From: Ascidiella aspersa
Lineage: Eukaryota
NCBI GenBank assembly: GCA_963924565.1
Contig: OZ004610.1
Span: 29,574,001 to 29,638,000 of the forward strand
Length of the DNA stretch: 64,000 bases
Direction of reading: 5' to 3'
Shown here: one piece after another, positions 1-12,535 of the stretch
Layout: every line of letters starts with the position of its first letter
Position numbering within the stretch: position 1 is the first letter of the stretch
Translations under genes and position numbers: made by a program
Notes under the pieces: model-generated
Told to the model about the DNA's origin: nothing
Database searches by the model: none
What the model saw: only the letters and a program-made list of their open reading frames with translations

Positions 1-655
1 CAAGGCATAACTGAAAAATTTAGCTTACGACGAGGTTCGAACTTTATAGCTTGATCATAATTCAGTTGACAAAGAGTTAAGTATAGTGCTGAAACTTCAT
101 TATTCTGCCGGCTATGAACAGTTTCGCAAGGCGTAAATTCGGGTAAATGCATTTGCGGTTTGAGTCGACTTTTTTTTCATGTGACTGAATAATTGCAGGT
201 TAGTTTTTAATTTTTTAAATCGTGGTTAGGCAGTGGCGTTCATGGAACGTATGAAATTTCGCCACAATTAAATCAACATTAGATATTAAATCAACATCAG
301 CTGGCTCTGAATGGCAGAAAACAAATATGTCAGTGGGTATCACGGATTTTTGATTCAAGCAAAACATAACTGAAAAATCTAACCTATATGACGAGGTTCG
401 AACGTTATACCTTGATCACAATTGAGTTGACAAAGAGTTAAGTATAGTGCTGGAACTTCATTATTTTAAAGGTTTTTATCAATTCTGTAGATTTGAGTGA
501 ACTTTATTATTTCTTGTGGCTAAAAATATTTACGGGCCCCGTTGGTTTGCATTTGTCGCCTATCAGTTCGCTGCCACTTTTTTTTAAATCGTGCTTAGGG
601 AGTGACGTTCATAAAACTTCTGGAGTGTCGCCACAATTAAATCAACATCAGATAA
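1..655. repeat. Diverged tandem duplication, period ~360 bp
   Basis: CATAACTGAAAAAT...GACGAGGTTCGAAC...TTGACAAAGAGTTAAGTATAGTGCTG and CGCCACAATTAAATCAACAT each occur twice ~360 bp apart. Confidence 0.9.
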
Positions 656-2070
656 ATGAATGATCTTAAGACTGTTATGAAAACAGTCTAAAACATAAAA
701 TTATTTCTTAAAATAAACGGTCTTAAGATCATCTGATACGAAAGCAAGAATGTTTCTTTTACATTTTAGATCCTCACTTCCTAAAGTGTTTCAGATAAAA
801 TAATATTGCTTTTGCTCCGTTTGGCGTCAAAGAGACAGAAAAGCGACTGCACACAGTGCACTAAAATTAGTACCTCTGTAGATACTTTCTAATTGCTCTC
901 TTACATAATCTTGTAGTTATGATGTATATCGTGAGGCCGTAAAATATATCCTTCGCTGCGCTTTAACAAGAAGTCTATACACACACAAGAAGGGTCAGAC
1001 TATGATGCGGGACCTAAAGTTTAATCGACCTCATTAACTTACTACCACATTGGCTAACCACCCTATATATCAAGCTAAAAAAACGTCTACTCACTTCTCG
1101 ACCAAACCTTAGCGTTGTCCGAAACTTCAAAGTGATCCGCGTTGCGCCAAAACAGCTCCTCTCGCCGCCTAAGCAACAACAAGACGAAAATTTGCAGCCT
1201 GGTCTGGGAACGGGTCCGGTTCAACAGCGTAGGCCCCAGCGAAGTCGAGCGCGTTTTTATTCAAGTCGACCGCTGACAAGCTTTGGAAACATGTCGCCGC
1301 CTCGCCGACATTGTTGGCAAAACGCGCGGCGCCATTGTCTTCCAGGAATCGGTAACAATGCAAGCGCCAGCGGCTAATTGTTTGGGGCCGCGTTTCGCGT
1401 GACACGGACCAGGTAAGGGGATAGTTTGACAAGGCGAGGGTACACCTTCATAAGCGGTCAAAGGATCAGAACAACTCCTCTTAGCCCTTTAAACGCCATT
1501 TGTTTTGTATGTGTTGTGTTTTTTAACTCTTAAATCCCGGGCGAAACGCGTTGACGCACTTTACAAGAGGATGGCGCAGGTTTGTCACAACATAAAGCGT
1601 CATACAGCTGCCGGTTTAATTACTGCGACGACGCAGGCGATTCCGTCACTGTGGAAAGCTCATAATGACCCGTCGCGCTCCGTTGCAAAGACGCAATGCT
1701 GTGCTAATGACACGAAATCGGCCCTGCCCCCAAATCGCGCCCTACGGACCCCCGCCCGCCGAAAACAAAACAGGGCAACGAAGACAACAAATCGCCTTTC
1801 AAAGCGCCCGCGTTTATGAGATCGACGGCGGTTGATTTTATCCAATTATGACGGGAGGATGAATGGCGCGTATAGTGTTCGGCACGTTGCGCCTTTCACC
1901 AAATCGACGGGGATTCCGTGTTAAGAGGGCGACCTTGCCTCCGGTAAACTCGTCAAGCAAAAGGTCGCGGCGACTGCGAGACTGTGTGAAGCGTTCTGCT
2001 TCGTGTTGTGTTTAATCGAGAACACGGTTTCGACAGAGGCATTTAGGTGCAAGGAAAAAACAACGGAAAT

Positions 2071-5000
2071 ATGGTGAAATTGCTCTTCACGCCGTTCGGC
2101 GAATATGGCTACGTGATGACTGGGTAATGGTATATGCTGTATAGGCTTTATGTTGGTAGGCTATACTGACTATATTTAGATTCAGGATATATCTGGATAC
2201 ACAGGTAAAGGCGATGAGCTGCCAGTAACAGATATAAATAACAAATAGGTACTTTTTATTTGTTTTCCATTTACAGGGCGTTTTATTTCGTGTAATTTAT
2301 TTTCAGTTTGTTTTCTGAACGTGTCTAATTAGGACTATAAAAGCTAAGGTATTTAGTTTTCGTAAGAACAACAATGTAACCTTTTATGGGGTTGGAAATT
2401 CTGTACGACGCATAGCTACGACTTTATTAGTTTAAAGTTTCTTCCCCACCGAAATTAAAGCTGTTGTTTTTTCGTGGTATTGAGTTGAATTATCCATGTC
2501 CAAAATAATAGGAAGGACCTTTTGATAAGTTCAACAATAAAAATGTTGTTTCAACTAAAATGAAAGTGTTTTGATAACACACTTTGAATAAAGCGGGAGA
2601 AATTCTCTAGTTTATTAAATCGTACATTAAATAAAACTATATAGAAAATTTATATCATGCAAGCATTGTGTCATGGGTCTTAACCCTTTGGGTAATAACC
2701 CCCAAAGAAGTACTTGTTTTCGGTGTATGTACAGTTATTCGGTATAATGTTAATGTGACATGTTATCTTCGACCACTAAAAATTGTATTCATCCAGTGGG
2801 TTTAAAAACATTTATTAATCCAGTGGTTTTATTCTGTATTTTATATGAACGCAAACAATACGATCTCTCATGTTAGCCCTGGGGTGGGCAATTATTGACA
2901 ACCGGTCGCATTAGAAACAGAAAATGTCTTGACGGGCCGAGTCAGAAAACGGAATCTCGAATACACATGATACAACCTGTGATTCCTTTAAAAATAATCT
3001 TTAAATATCCTTGGTGAAAGCTGGTAAGAGTATGAGCAGGTTAGGAGGGTTTACAAGAGTAATGTATTCAAACTGGACGTAGAGACATCTAAGTTAAAAT
3101 AGTCAAAAAGTATTCAAAATGGACTGGTGTCTAGTTGTCAAAGAGGCGGCGGGTCGAGGGCCGTAGATTGGCGACCCCTGCTTTAAATATACAAACATTT
3201 TGCCGCGTATAAAACGGTGAAACGCAACAGCAACCAACAGCTTTACCTAAGAAAGCCAATTATTACGTAACAATGGTCGGGAAACTACTAAAGTTTGCAG
3301 TACGAAAGTTGCCATTTAAGGTTAAAAGTTACCTACGTCCTACAGTGCTGTTTGTTACTATTTTTATGTGAACTTTTTATAAAATTTTGATATAAGTACT
3401 TTCATGTAACGCCCCCTTATGTGCGTTCAGCGGCCCCCAAATCATGAAAAGACTCAAAACGCCCCCTTGGAACTCGCCAACGCCCACAAGGGGGCGGTAC
3501 CGCCCACGTTGGGAACCTCTGATTTAAACAGTCCGAAGTGCACGCGCGCCACTTTGCTTTTCAGGGCCAACACTGTAGCGAATCCAGTTCAGCTTCACGC
3601 CAGTCACGGGCGCCCTCCACACCAACCTAACCCAAAGCAACATCAGCAAACGTACAGGAGACACGTGGGTGCCACAGCGTACGACGCCAGGTACCTGAAG
3701 ACCACCGACCTGGCCGTAGGGTCCCAGGTAATAAGGATGCGTGACCCGGAGTCGTACATGAAGAGGGGACTCCTCCACAAGGGACAGGAGCCCATGGGTA
3801 AGATCTACAGAGCTCGAGTGCGTTTTGGTGAGCAATGGGTTCGTCGTACGTTGTTGGTTTGGGTAGAAGTTATTTTATCATGCCAAAAGTCGATGTTTAG
3901 CAAAAAGTATTAATGTCCTCAAATATCATATAATTTTTCTAATGTATAATTATAATTTTTCTATTATATGATTTTTCATTGAAACTTTATTTGGTAATAT
4001 AATGACAAAGGTGCAAACCATTAATCAGTTAAGATACCCACACCAATGCACAAGGCCTTAAAAATCCCCACATAGCTCGTTGTGTATTGCGTCCCAGTTT
4101 GGTCCTGCGCTAAATTGGCAAATTAGAGTTTCATCGTGTTTTAATGCGCAGTTGGTCTTTTTCGGCAGCGAGCATTGATTTTATTCTGAATTTTACTGAA
4201 GAACCGCTGCCGTTCCAATTACCCCCAAACCTCCGATCAGCAAGTGACCGAGAGTTACCCCGGCAGTCACGTGCAGCAAGCGAACAGGCCTCCAGGCAAA
4301 GGTTACCTTCAGTTGTCCACAACAGCAAAGTTTTGCAGAAGTGGAGAGGTAAGCTTACGTGTTGTAGAGCTTTTGTGTTGTAATTTATTTAGAGTTGGGT
4401 GTGAAATTAATTTACTACTGTATTGATTGGAAGAGCTTTAACTTTTTGTTTGCAAAAGCTATTCTAAAGGCTAAATCCCAACGATTTGCAATCAAGTTCA
4501 AAAAGTTTTGTTGTTTTATCATTTTAAGCTGAGTATTGCTTCTAGCAGTTCACGTAAGCTAGTTTTAGCAGGAGTTAATGTTGTGTAATTTTATATTGGT
4601 TTCCTTTGTTTAATTTTCTTCGCTTTGCTTTGCTTCACTGCACTTTACTTTTTGTATTATTTCGTTCCTTGCTGTTGCAGCTTTACGTTTTCACTTTTGA
4701 TCACTCATTGTTTACTATTTTGTTTTGTCCCTGAAGGGACATGCAAACCGCTTTAGAGCACGAGGGCAGTCTTGTTGTAGTTGTAGTGTGAGACGGTCAC
4801 TGTATTAAGAGTAAACGAGCTAGAGTTCGCGCTGTAGCTGCATTCGCTTAAGAAAGAGTTTAGCGTTCGCGTTCCTGAAGGGACATGCAAACCGCTTTAG
4901 AGCACAAGGGCAGTCTTGTTTTAGTTGTGGTGTGAGACGGTCACTGTTTCAAAACTAAACGAGCTAGAGTTCGCGCCATAGCTGCATTCGCTTAAGAAAG

Positions 5001-8000
5001 AGTTTAGCGTTCGCGTTCCTGAAGGGACATGCAAACCGCTTTAGAGCACAAGGGCAGTCTTGTTTTGGTTGTGGTGTGAGACGGTCACTGTTTCAAGACT
5101 AAACGAGCTATAGAGTTCGCGCTATAGCTACATTCGCTTAAGAAAGAGTTTAGCGTTTCGCGTTTCGCATTTTAAAGTCGTAGGATGTTACAGAAAGGAG
5201 GGAAAGAGATAAAGTGTTAAGATTGAATTAATTTTGATGAAATCTGGATTAACTTCTTTCTTGTTTTGAATGCTACATTTTGTACACATGTCATCCGATT
5301 AGACGACGAAAAGATGAAATGTCGCGTGTGGCGTGAAAAGTTCCACTTCCGCGTCGGCTTCGCATATAGTGTTGGAATGACTTAAGTCAATGACTTGACT
5401 TAAGCGCACTGAAGTCACTGTTTTCAAATGTCTTGACTTGACTTAAGTCGTTTTGCTAAAATGACTTGACTTGACTAAAGTATTTTCAACAAATGACTTG
5501 ACTTGGACTTAAGTCATTGAGTCGAATGACTTGGGATGAAATTAAGTGTTTTCATTTAGAGTTTTTCTATACAACTAACCTATCTCAATCTTTGCACCTA
5601 AAACGTTTAGCGTACTATATGCCGGGTATTTGTTAGATTTTTGTTGAGTTATTGCTCATAATCGGACGAGTTTACCAATTTTAATAGTAGACGCCTAATT
5701 TGTAAATTAGGGGTTTGACTTGGAGTTGACTTGCTCTAATAATGACTTGACTTAGATTTAGGCAACTGATGACTTGGAGTTGTTATATCAAACTACTTGA
5801 CTGGGACTTAAGTCATTTGAAAGCGACTTGGTTATAAAACTGCATGTTATTACTCTTTTGGGTCCAGAGACGCACGCCGGCACTTCAACGTTTCCTCAGC
5901 GAAAACCGGGCTTCGCGAAAAGATTCGCCGAGAGCCGTTCGAGTCTCGGAAGTTTGGCAAAAACACTCGGGAGCGGAGAAGTGCAGGGATCGGAGCTCAA
6001 AGAGCAGGAGGAGGGAAATGAAAGGAAAGAAGGAGCGGAGGACCCTAAGAAGATCGAGCTCCCTGAGGTAAATGATAAAAAGAACAATTTTTTTTAATTA
6101 ATATATCAATTTTTAATTATGATTGAATTTTTTTCGTTCAAGCATAATTAACCTCCGTTTACGTGCGGATAATCTCTGAAACAGCAATATTCATGCTAAA
6201 TAGAGATGTCTGATTATACCTGAGAGATGTAAAGTCATGATATCGGTACTTGCCCAACACTAGTGTTGTTTTGGTGCCCATTTGTCAACAGATTTATAAA
6301 CAGTATTGGTTTAGCATTGAACGCACTTTTTTACCTAAAACTTAACCTCGGCAGTCGGGCGAGTGTATACCAATAAGCACTTGTCTAGACGATATCACAC
6401 TCTGAATCACTAGCCTCAACAAACTACAAGTATAGATATACCTACTGTTACTAATCAGAAGGTAATGTTAACATTTATCTTTCAAGATCAAGGTGATTTC
6501 ATGTATCGCACGTTCAGTGCAACATTCGAGCTCACTGAGGTAACTGATGTGTTATGTGTGTCCGGTGGGGCGGATAGGCTTCGAAATGCCAATATTCATA
6601 CTGAATAGGGATTATATTGAACCAATGCCCGATGCAAAATTATGATATTACTACTGACCCGAAACTAAAGTGTTGTATCGGTGACAATTTGTTACCGGAT
6701 TTATACACAACCTTGGTTTAGCATAGAACGCACTTTTTCTGCCTTAAAGGGCATTTTTACAAAATAGTATCTTAACAATCAAAGGTAAGGCAAATTGTGG
6801 CACAATAATCGTTAAAACATTACTTTTAGACGCTTTCATTTTAATAGTTTTGCCTTTGTCTTTAGAAAGCCGTTTTTGGTCCAGAGCAGACGGCTCACTT
6901 TTGCCCAAAATATATTTTTTGATTCTTTTTAATGCACGAGCGAGTTTTGTGTAACTACTCTAACAGTACAAGCATAAACAGATTTTTTACCGTGTTGTTA
7001 GCGGGGCCATTATAACATGTCTCACCCTGTTCCGTTTCAACGGGCGTGTAGTACGAATTACATTTTCCAAAAGCTCTGGAAACCCATTTTTTCTGTCCTG
7101 TTTTCGTTAACAGGGCTGAAGTAGAAATAGGTATAAAAACATGACTGAGACTGCCACCAAGCGATTTTTAATGTAAACTTATACTCAGGTCACTCCGAGC
7201 TAGCGGTTCATTGAGCACGTGGGTAAACATTTAAACGCATTTGAAAATATTAGACCGATTTGTTTCATGTCAAAAAATAGCGCGGTGTCAACACTCGCAT
7301 CATTGTTCGACACGACGCTGTTGTCGTTTGACACATTTTAACACGAAAAGTATTTCCGATTTTAAAATCACCTGCCAAATATTTGCTCGACGGCTGTTAG
7401 GGAAATGGTAATGTTTGCGTTGTGTCTTGGTTCTCGTTTATAAAGTGTTTGTACAGACAGGTGAGCGTACAATCCGACACCTTAATAGTTCTGTGACCCC
7501 AGCGTTCGACCGTAAAGATGATTAACTCACTCTGCAAATATTTTGTTTAATAAAACCGAAACTCAGCCTATGGCGGTTTTATATAAACCTTTGAAAAGGA
7601 ATTGGACAATAATTACCGGTTTGCAATTAATCAATTTGTAAAGTTTTCGAGTACGTTTTTACAATTTTGCGTCTTGTAATAAAGAGGGTAATCTGACGCA
7701 TATTCAATGTTTTTCGAAAAGCTTGTATTTATATATATTTCATTTTTTCTTACAATTCTGCCGTTTCTCATTTATCTGCTCAATTAGGCCGTTTGCATTT
7801 ACCATGGCATAGAAGCCATAGATTTATACCTGATTTTGCGGTCATGCTAAACGATGCTTGCACCTATATATAACAGTTCTTTGTCAATGCTTTACTGTCG
7901 CTTCTATTTTTTGCAAGCAGCTGCTTAAGCTGGAGCAAGATGAAATGCCCTTTTCAATCCTGGGAAGGCTAAAGAGCCAGCGACTGAACATGGCTTACAC

Positions 8001-9071
8001 AGATATGCCGAAGAAGCACAAAGAGCACAGGCTTAAACTCATCATGGATAAGGTCGTTGCCGCACAGAAGGTAATTAACCAATTCGTGCAACTGGCTGGT
8101 ATTGTAGCGCATAGAATTCTATTTCGAGCTCGAAACGTTTGAAAATGCCATAAATTAAATCTGCCCTCGCTTAATTTTTACAGAAAGAAAACCCTGTAAT
8201 TCTAACTTTAAATGTAGGTTACTAAATATTTTTTCAAGTTGTTTTCTACGTAAGCGCAAACTATTTCAGCCAAAATTATAGGTAAGGTCACTAGGTGAAC
8301 GGAAATCGAAATATGTTTACAAAAAAGCCAGGTAAATTTTTTTGCCAAGGCTATGTAACCCTTTAATGTTGTTTAAAATACTTGAGACTGCTTTCAAAAA
8401 TGCATCTAAATAAATACGAGGATTGCTTTAAATTAAAACAACGAGGGGCGTGTCCATTTTATTTTCGCGCCATCCTTAATTAAAATATGTGCAAAAAATG
8501 CATTTACCTTGACCCATTTCGGTTAACTTTTAGGCCCATATAGAACCTATAACGTTATAAGCAATAATATGAAGATAGAGAACATATGCCACTTATTCCT
8601 TGAGGAAGGAACTATTTGAATAGTGGATTAAGGATATTACTGCGAAATAGTGGATTAAGAATATTACATCAAGCCACTACCCTAATTAAGATCAAGGAAC
8701 AGATGCACCGCTTCGAGATGGACCGTCGTCGCAAGATCCTCCAGACCTCTGTTGCGTCACAGAGGAGCCAGCTGCGCCAACTGCGCAGTCGCCATAGGAA
8801 CGAGTTCGAGTCGCGCATCAATTCTGTCTACGCGGAGGAGCCGGCTCCCACCTCCCTGGAGCTTCCTCGCGAGACGTACGGACTTCCGGAAGACGAGGAG
8901 GAGATTCCGACCTCTTCCCGCAGAAGAGGGAACGCTCTTCCTTCTCATCCAGGAAAGATCTCGCTCCAGTCGTTCCAGAAGGCCGACCACATCACCAGCA
9001 AGTTCAACAACGTGTGGAACGTGCTGAACAGTCCGCGCCGACCGCAGACCATCGACGCGGCGGCGGTATGA
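2071..9071 (+). CDS. Uncharacterised 6-exon protein (~387 aa), low-complexity middle and helical/coiled-coil-like C-terminal part
   Basis: Exons 2071-2123, 3565-3797, 4202-4348, 5868-6067, 7921-8070 (alternative NAGNAG start 7918) and 8691-9071 join with GT-AG boundaries and matching phases (2,1,1,0,0) into one open frame: MVKLLFTPFGEYGYVMTG-ANTVANPVQ...RRPQTIDAAAV*. The exons are GC-rich islands in AT-rich introns. The first exon and start codon are least certain. No domain recognised. Confidence 0.75.
2879..3180. mobile_element. hAT-like MITE
   Basis: Ends CTGGGGTGGGCAA / TTGGCGACCCCTG resemble hAT (Charlie-type) TIRs, with GGGCCG subterminal motifs. Confidence 0.6.
4730..5165. repeat. Tandem repeat, 3 x 144 bp, high identity (intron 3 of the uncharacterised gene)
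   Basis: The unit starts CCTGAAGGGACATGCAAACCGCTTTAGAGCAC at 4730, 4874 and 5018. Confidence 0.95.
5367..5832. mobile_element. GACTT-rich non-autonomous DNA element (copy 1)
   Basis: Starts TAGTGTTGG. Many GACTTGACTT/GACTTAAGTC subrepeats. Shares long segments (AAGTCACTGTTTTCAAAT, GGACGAGTTTACC) with 56938-57428. Confidence 0.75.
6050..6740. repeat. Old tandem duplication covering the exon-4 donor and downstream intron
   Basis: TCGAGCTCCCTGAG|GTAAATGAT (to 6067) matches TCGAGCTCACTGAG|GTAACTGAT (to 6539). 6184-6332 aligns with 6590-6738 (CAATATTCAT..., TTGGTTTAGCAT.GAACGCACTTTTT). Confidence 0.8.
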
Positions 9072-10144
9072 CGTCACCACTACCGCCGTTTGGTGACGTC
9101 ATGTAAACCTGGGATTCGGCTTGATTGGCGCGCTACAGCTCGCAAACGCTTTGATGTTGTTTTTTTATTTTAGGCAAGGTTTTTTTTAACTTTTTTTTAC
9201 AAAGGACCTTCAAAGTTTGTTTTTACTTCGCGTGGATCAAGGTAGGCAACTAATTTTAGAGATGACGTCATAAATTAACGTCACAACACAAATAGAATAC
9301 AAATCTGCCGTTTCCAGAACAAAATTGTAAAAGTAAAATGGAGTCTAAATATTCCTTTAGTGCAAAAACGTTTTATATTTAATAATTAAAAAAATGATTC
9401 CTTTTAAATATATTTTTTGAATTAGGCTTTAATGGGGCCCTCGATATAGGCAAATGTAAAGGTGCTTCAGCAGTTTGAATTCAAGCGACGATGTTTAAAT
9501 TAAAATGTGTTGGTTAACAGCATACAGGGGTTTTTACTATAGCTTAACGTAAATTTGCCCATTACAGTATAGACTTTATGATGTCGGTTCCGTTATTGCT
9601 TCATCTATTATTAGTTAGTTGAAGGTTTTAATGTGTCTTCGGAATTTTTATTTGTACAGTTCGCTTGATTTTATTATTATATAGTCTCGACTATGACACT
9701 GAAAACACATTGAATTTTGAATTTTCCAATGTTCCGTTGCTTGTTTTAATAGGCAAGAGTTTTTTTCGAAACCTCGAATCTATAACAAGTCCAATTTTTA
9801 ATTTTAACTTATCGCACAAAAAGTCAATTCGTGTTTCCAAATGTATTTTTTTTACTTTTAAGTAACTTGCTATAAATTTATTGGTACGATTTTTAGGATT
9901 GCTTTCCCTAGTTTGCTATAGATCACTTATTGAAAAGATGCAAATTCATCACTTCACAATAACAAAATTTTTGTTTGTTTATTTCCATATAGGAACTGGC
10001 TAAACGATAAAAAAACGACAAAAACAAATTAAAATTAAGCATGGCACAGCTACCCTTATTGCATAAGAGGGAGAGAACATGGAACAGTGTAATACGAAAA
10101 AGATCGATAGTAAACAAAAAAAATAAATTAGTAGCGCCGCTTTC

Positions 10145-10627
10145 TCACGATGGCGTCAATGCCGTTTCGTTAACCACAGTATACGAGGGTGGTTCCAAGT
10201 CGGTTATAACATCGTCCTTTAACTTTATTTCCATCATAATCTCGTCGTAGGTGGGCAAAGCGTCAAGAGCGTTGCCTTCGCCCAACATCACTTGGAAAGA
10301 GGCGATAGTCGGGTTTCGCTGGGGCATCTGTCGTTCGCTGACGGTCGAGACGTTTTGCTCGCGGTCCGCCGGATTAAGGGACTCAGTAGCCCGCGAATGT
10401 CGCCGCTTTATCGCCTTGTAAACGTAAGTGACGCCAATGCAAATGGCTGCCACCGCGCCGATAACGACGGCCCAGGCCACAATCTGGACCCACCAGACCG
10501 TTTCGCATTCTGTGACGTCGTTCGAGTCCACACACCAAAAGCTTCCGCCGCTAGACGACGCGCTTGAATGGGTTGATGTCTTTGGTTGAAAGTCGTCCTT
10601 ATCGGCAAACAGCTGCAGTTGATCCAT
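10145..10627 (-). CDS. Small single-pass membrane protein (160 aa) with cytoplasmic PY motifs (LPTY, PPSY)
   Basis: ATG-initiated uninterrupted GC-rich ORF. One hydrophobic span (WWVQIVAWAVVIGAVAAICIGVTYVY) is followed by the basic stop-transfer KAIKRRH. The tail has LPTYDE and EPPSY. AATAAA on the - strand at ~9978-9983. Confidence 0.8.
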   Translation of the reverse strand: MDQLQLFADKDDFQPKTSTHSSASSSGGSFWCVDSNDVTECETVWWVQIVAWAVVIGAVAAICIGVTYVYKAIKRRHSRATESLNPADREQNVSTVSERQMPQRNPTIASFQVMLGEGNALDALPTYDEIMMEIKLKDDVITDLEPPSYTVVNETALTPS

Positions 10628-12289
10628 GCTTTGGCTGATCCCAGTTTATTATTTGTTAAAAATTTCAACTTCTGCGTTGTTTAAAAATGTTTGTCTCCCA
10701 TCCAATTTATTCAAACTGTTAAAAAAGAAGACAATTCTTAGACACTGTCAAGGTTTATTGTTTCACCAGAAAAAATATAGGGCAAGCTTTGACTATATAA
10801 AGGACTGTCACGCTTTTTACGTAAACAACGTTCTATACTTGTTTCTCACGGCCTGGCACTTTTTTGTTTACTTCTTCTTCTACATAATGAACTTAAGTCT
10901 GCATTATAACACGTAGAGCCTCTGTAAAATCTTTCTAAAAATGGCCGATGCATAAAATAGAGAATTGATATATCATAAACCTATCTTACTCTAAGCACTA
11001 CAACCCGCCCTAATTTATGTTTTATTTTCATGAAGCTTGATAAATTGATATAAGCTAATGTTAACGTTGGACGTTTAAAGATCTATTTTCAAAACACTTT
11101 ACGATCGTTTACGAGTTATTTACAACCAGACAAATATTACGTTTTACGTGCAACAGTGGAATGTTTTGGTAAACGACCAACTTAACCAACTGTTGGCAAC
11201 AATCCATTTCATATAGTAGAACGATTAGTTAACTTAACCAATGTACCGCAGACTTACATTATAAAGTTGTGGTGGCACCAAAGTGAACACCATTAAACAT
11301 TTGGATTGATACAAAATGTATTCGATGGCTAATTAGTAGATTTGGTACACAAGCAGCGTTTTTGTGTCGGCCCCTAGTACGTAAGCACAACACTTGCTAA
11401 TTGAGTACAAACGGTGATTGTATTGAAAAACTGCATTCACAAACACAAATTCATCAAACTAATACAAGTTGTCTCTCCCAAACCTAAACTGGCTAGACGG
11501 TGTATTGCCTCAAAGGTTAGACATATGTATATAAAATAAGTAACATTGTGTCTAAACTTAGCGTACATAACAATGCTTTGTAGCCTTAATCATATAACAG
11601 CTTTTGAGGTTTCCAGACTCCTGTAGTAACTATCTCAAACAAACAACTGAACATGCTGCAAGTCACGAATCTCTCGGTTGGCCAAAGTTCATGACACACC
11701 TTTTTATGTTAATTAATGACAAACAGCGCTGAACAGCCATCCGTTCTCTCATGTATAGTGCGGTTTAGTGCAATACTAGCCATACACTCCGGTTTAGTTC
11801 TAATAAAAAAAATTCTTTAGTTCTTAAACGCATTGCTATAGCAAACCAGGTGCGATTCTAGTTATTCACATGGTAAAATAAGCGTTAAATTTATGAAATC
11901 GGTTGGATCCCTTTGTGTAAAAGTCATACTTGGTATAACAGAAACTTTTTTTAATTATATTGTCAATAAAAATAGAATAACGTTCCACAAAAAGGATTCA
12001 GTTAAAACACCTAAACTCAACGCAAGTCAATCGCAAAATATCTCTAATTCAAAATAAGTTTTTGTCTGAATAATAAGTCATTTTTGTCTTCACAATAAGT
12101 CGTAAACTTATCTTTTACAAAAACCTAATTGCACCACAATCTACTTGATGATCTCAGGTGACAAAACCTGGTTGAATGACACAAGATACTTATATGTTAG
12201 TTTGACAAGTTAGCCTTATGACTCAAAAAATATAGGAACGTTACATTTGACACCTAACCGCAGACATAAACTGAAAGTACACGAATAAT

Positions 12290-12535
12290 TCAACATGGCC
12301 GTTGTTGCCTAAGCCAATAGATATAGACTTAGCTCTTCGGGCTGCGTAGCTTCGTCTGACTTTACTTTTCGGGCGGAGTTTGATTTATATATGCAGAGGG
12401 TTCGTAACCAGTGTCGGTTTGTCGTTTGACGAGTATCGTAAAACTGGTGGCGCCATTTTTCTCCGTTCGTCCTTAGGGTCAACGTACCTTACAGAAAAAC
12501 GCAGCAACAGAAATTATGTATGCAGGAATTGGTAA
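12290..12535. promoter_or_regulatory. Candidate promoter between the divergent PY-motif gene and RNF13
   Basis: Locally CpG-rich. CCAAT 12314-18, GC box GGGCGG 12371-76, YY1-like CGCCATTTT 12451-59, and a possible + strand donor G|GTAAAT at ~12531. Confidence 0.35.

Noticed and set aside
4440-4620. Penelope GIY-YIG remnant on the - strand (…LRELLEAILSLK*)
   Set aside because: Only a few residues of resemblance, no GIY/YIG or RT motifs, and several stops.
4730-5165. 144-bp repeat as a hammerhead/retrozyme array (CTGAAGG...CAAAC)
   Set aside because: The core deviates from CUGANGA...GAAA at two catalytic positions, and no stem I or stem III pairing could be built.
4730-5165. CRISPR-like array
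   Set aside because: Units are identical along their whole length with no unique spacers; the context is a eukaryotic intron with no cas genes.
8610-8667. Spliced-leader-like CTATTTGAATAG, and the N-terminus of ORF 8616
   Set aside because: Only a partial match with no donor or Sm site. It is part of an intronic 27-bp duplication; the real exon most likely starts at 8691.
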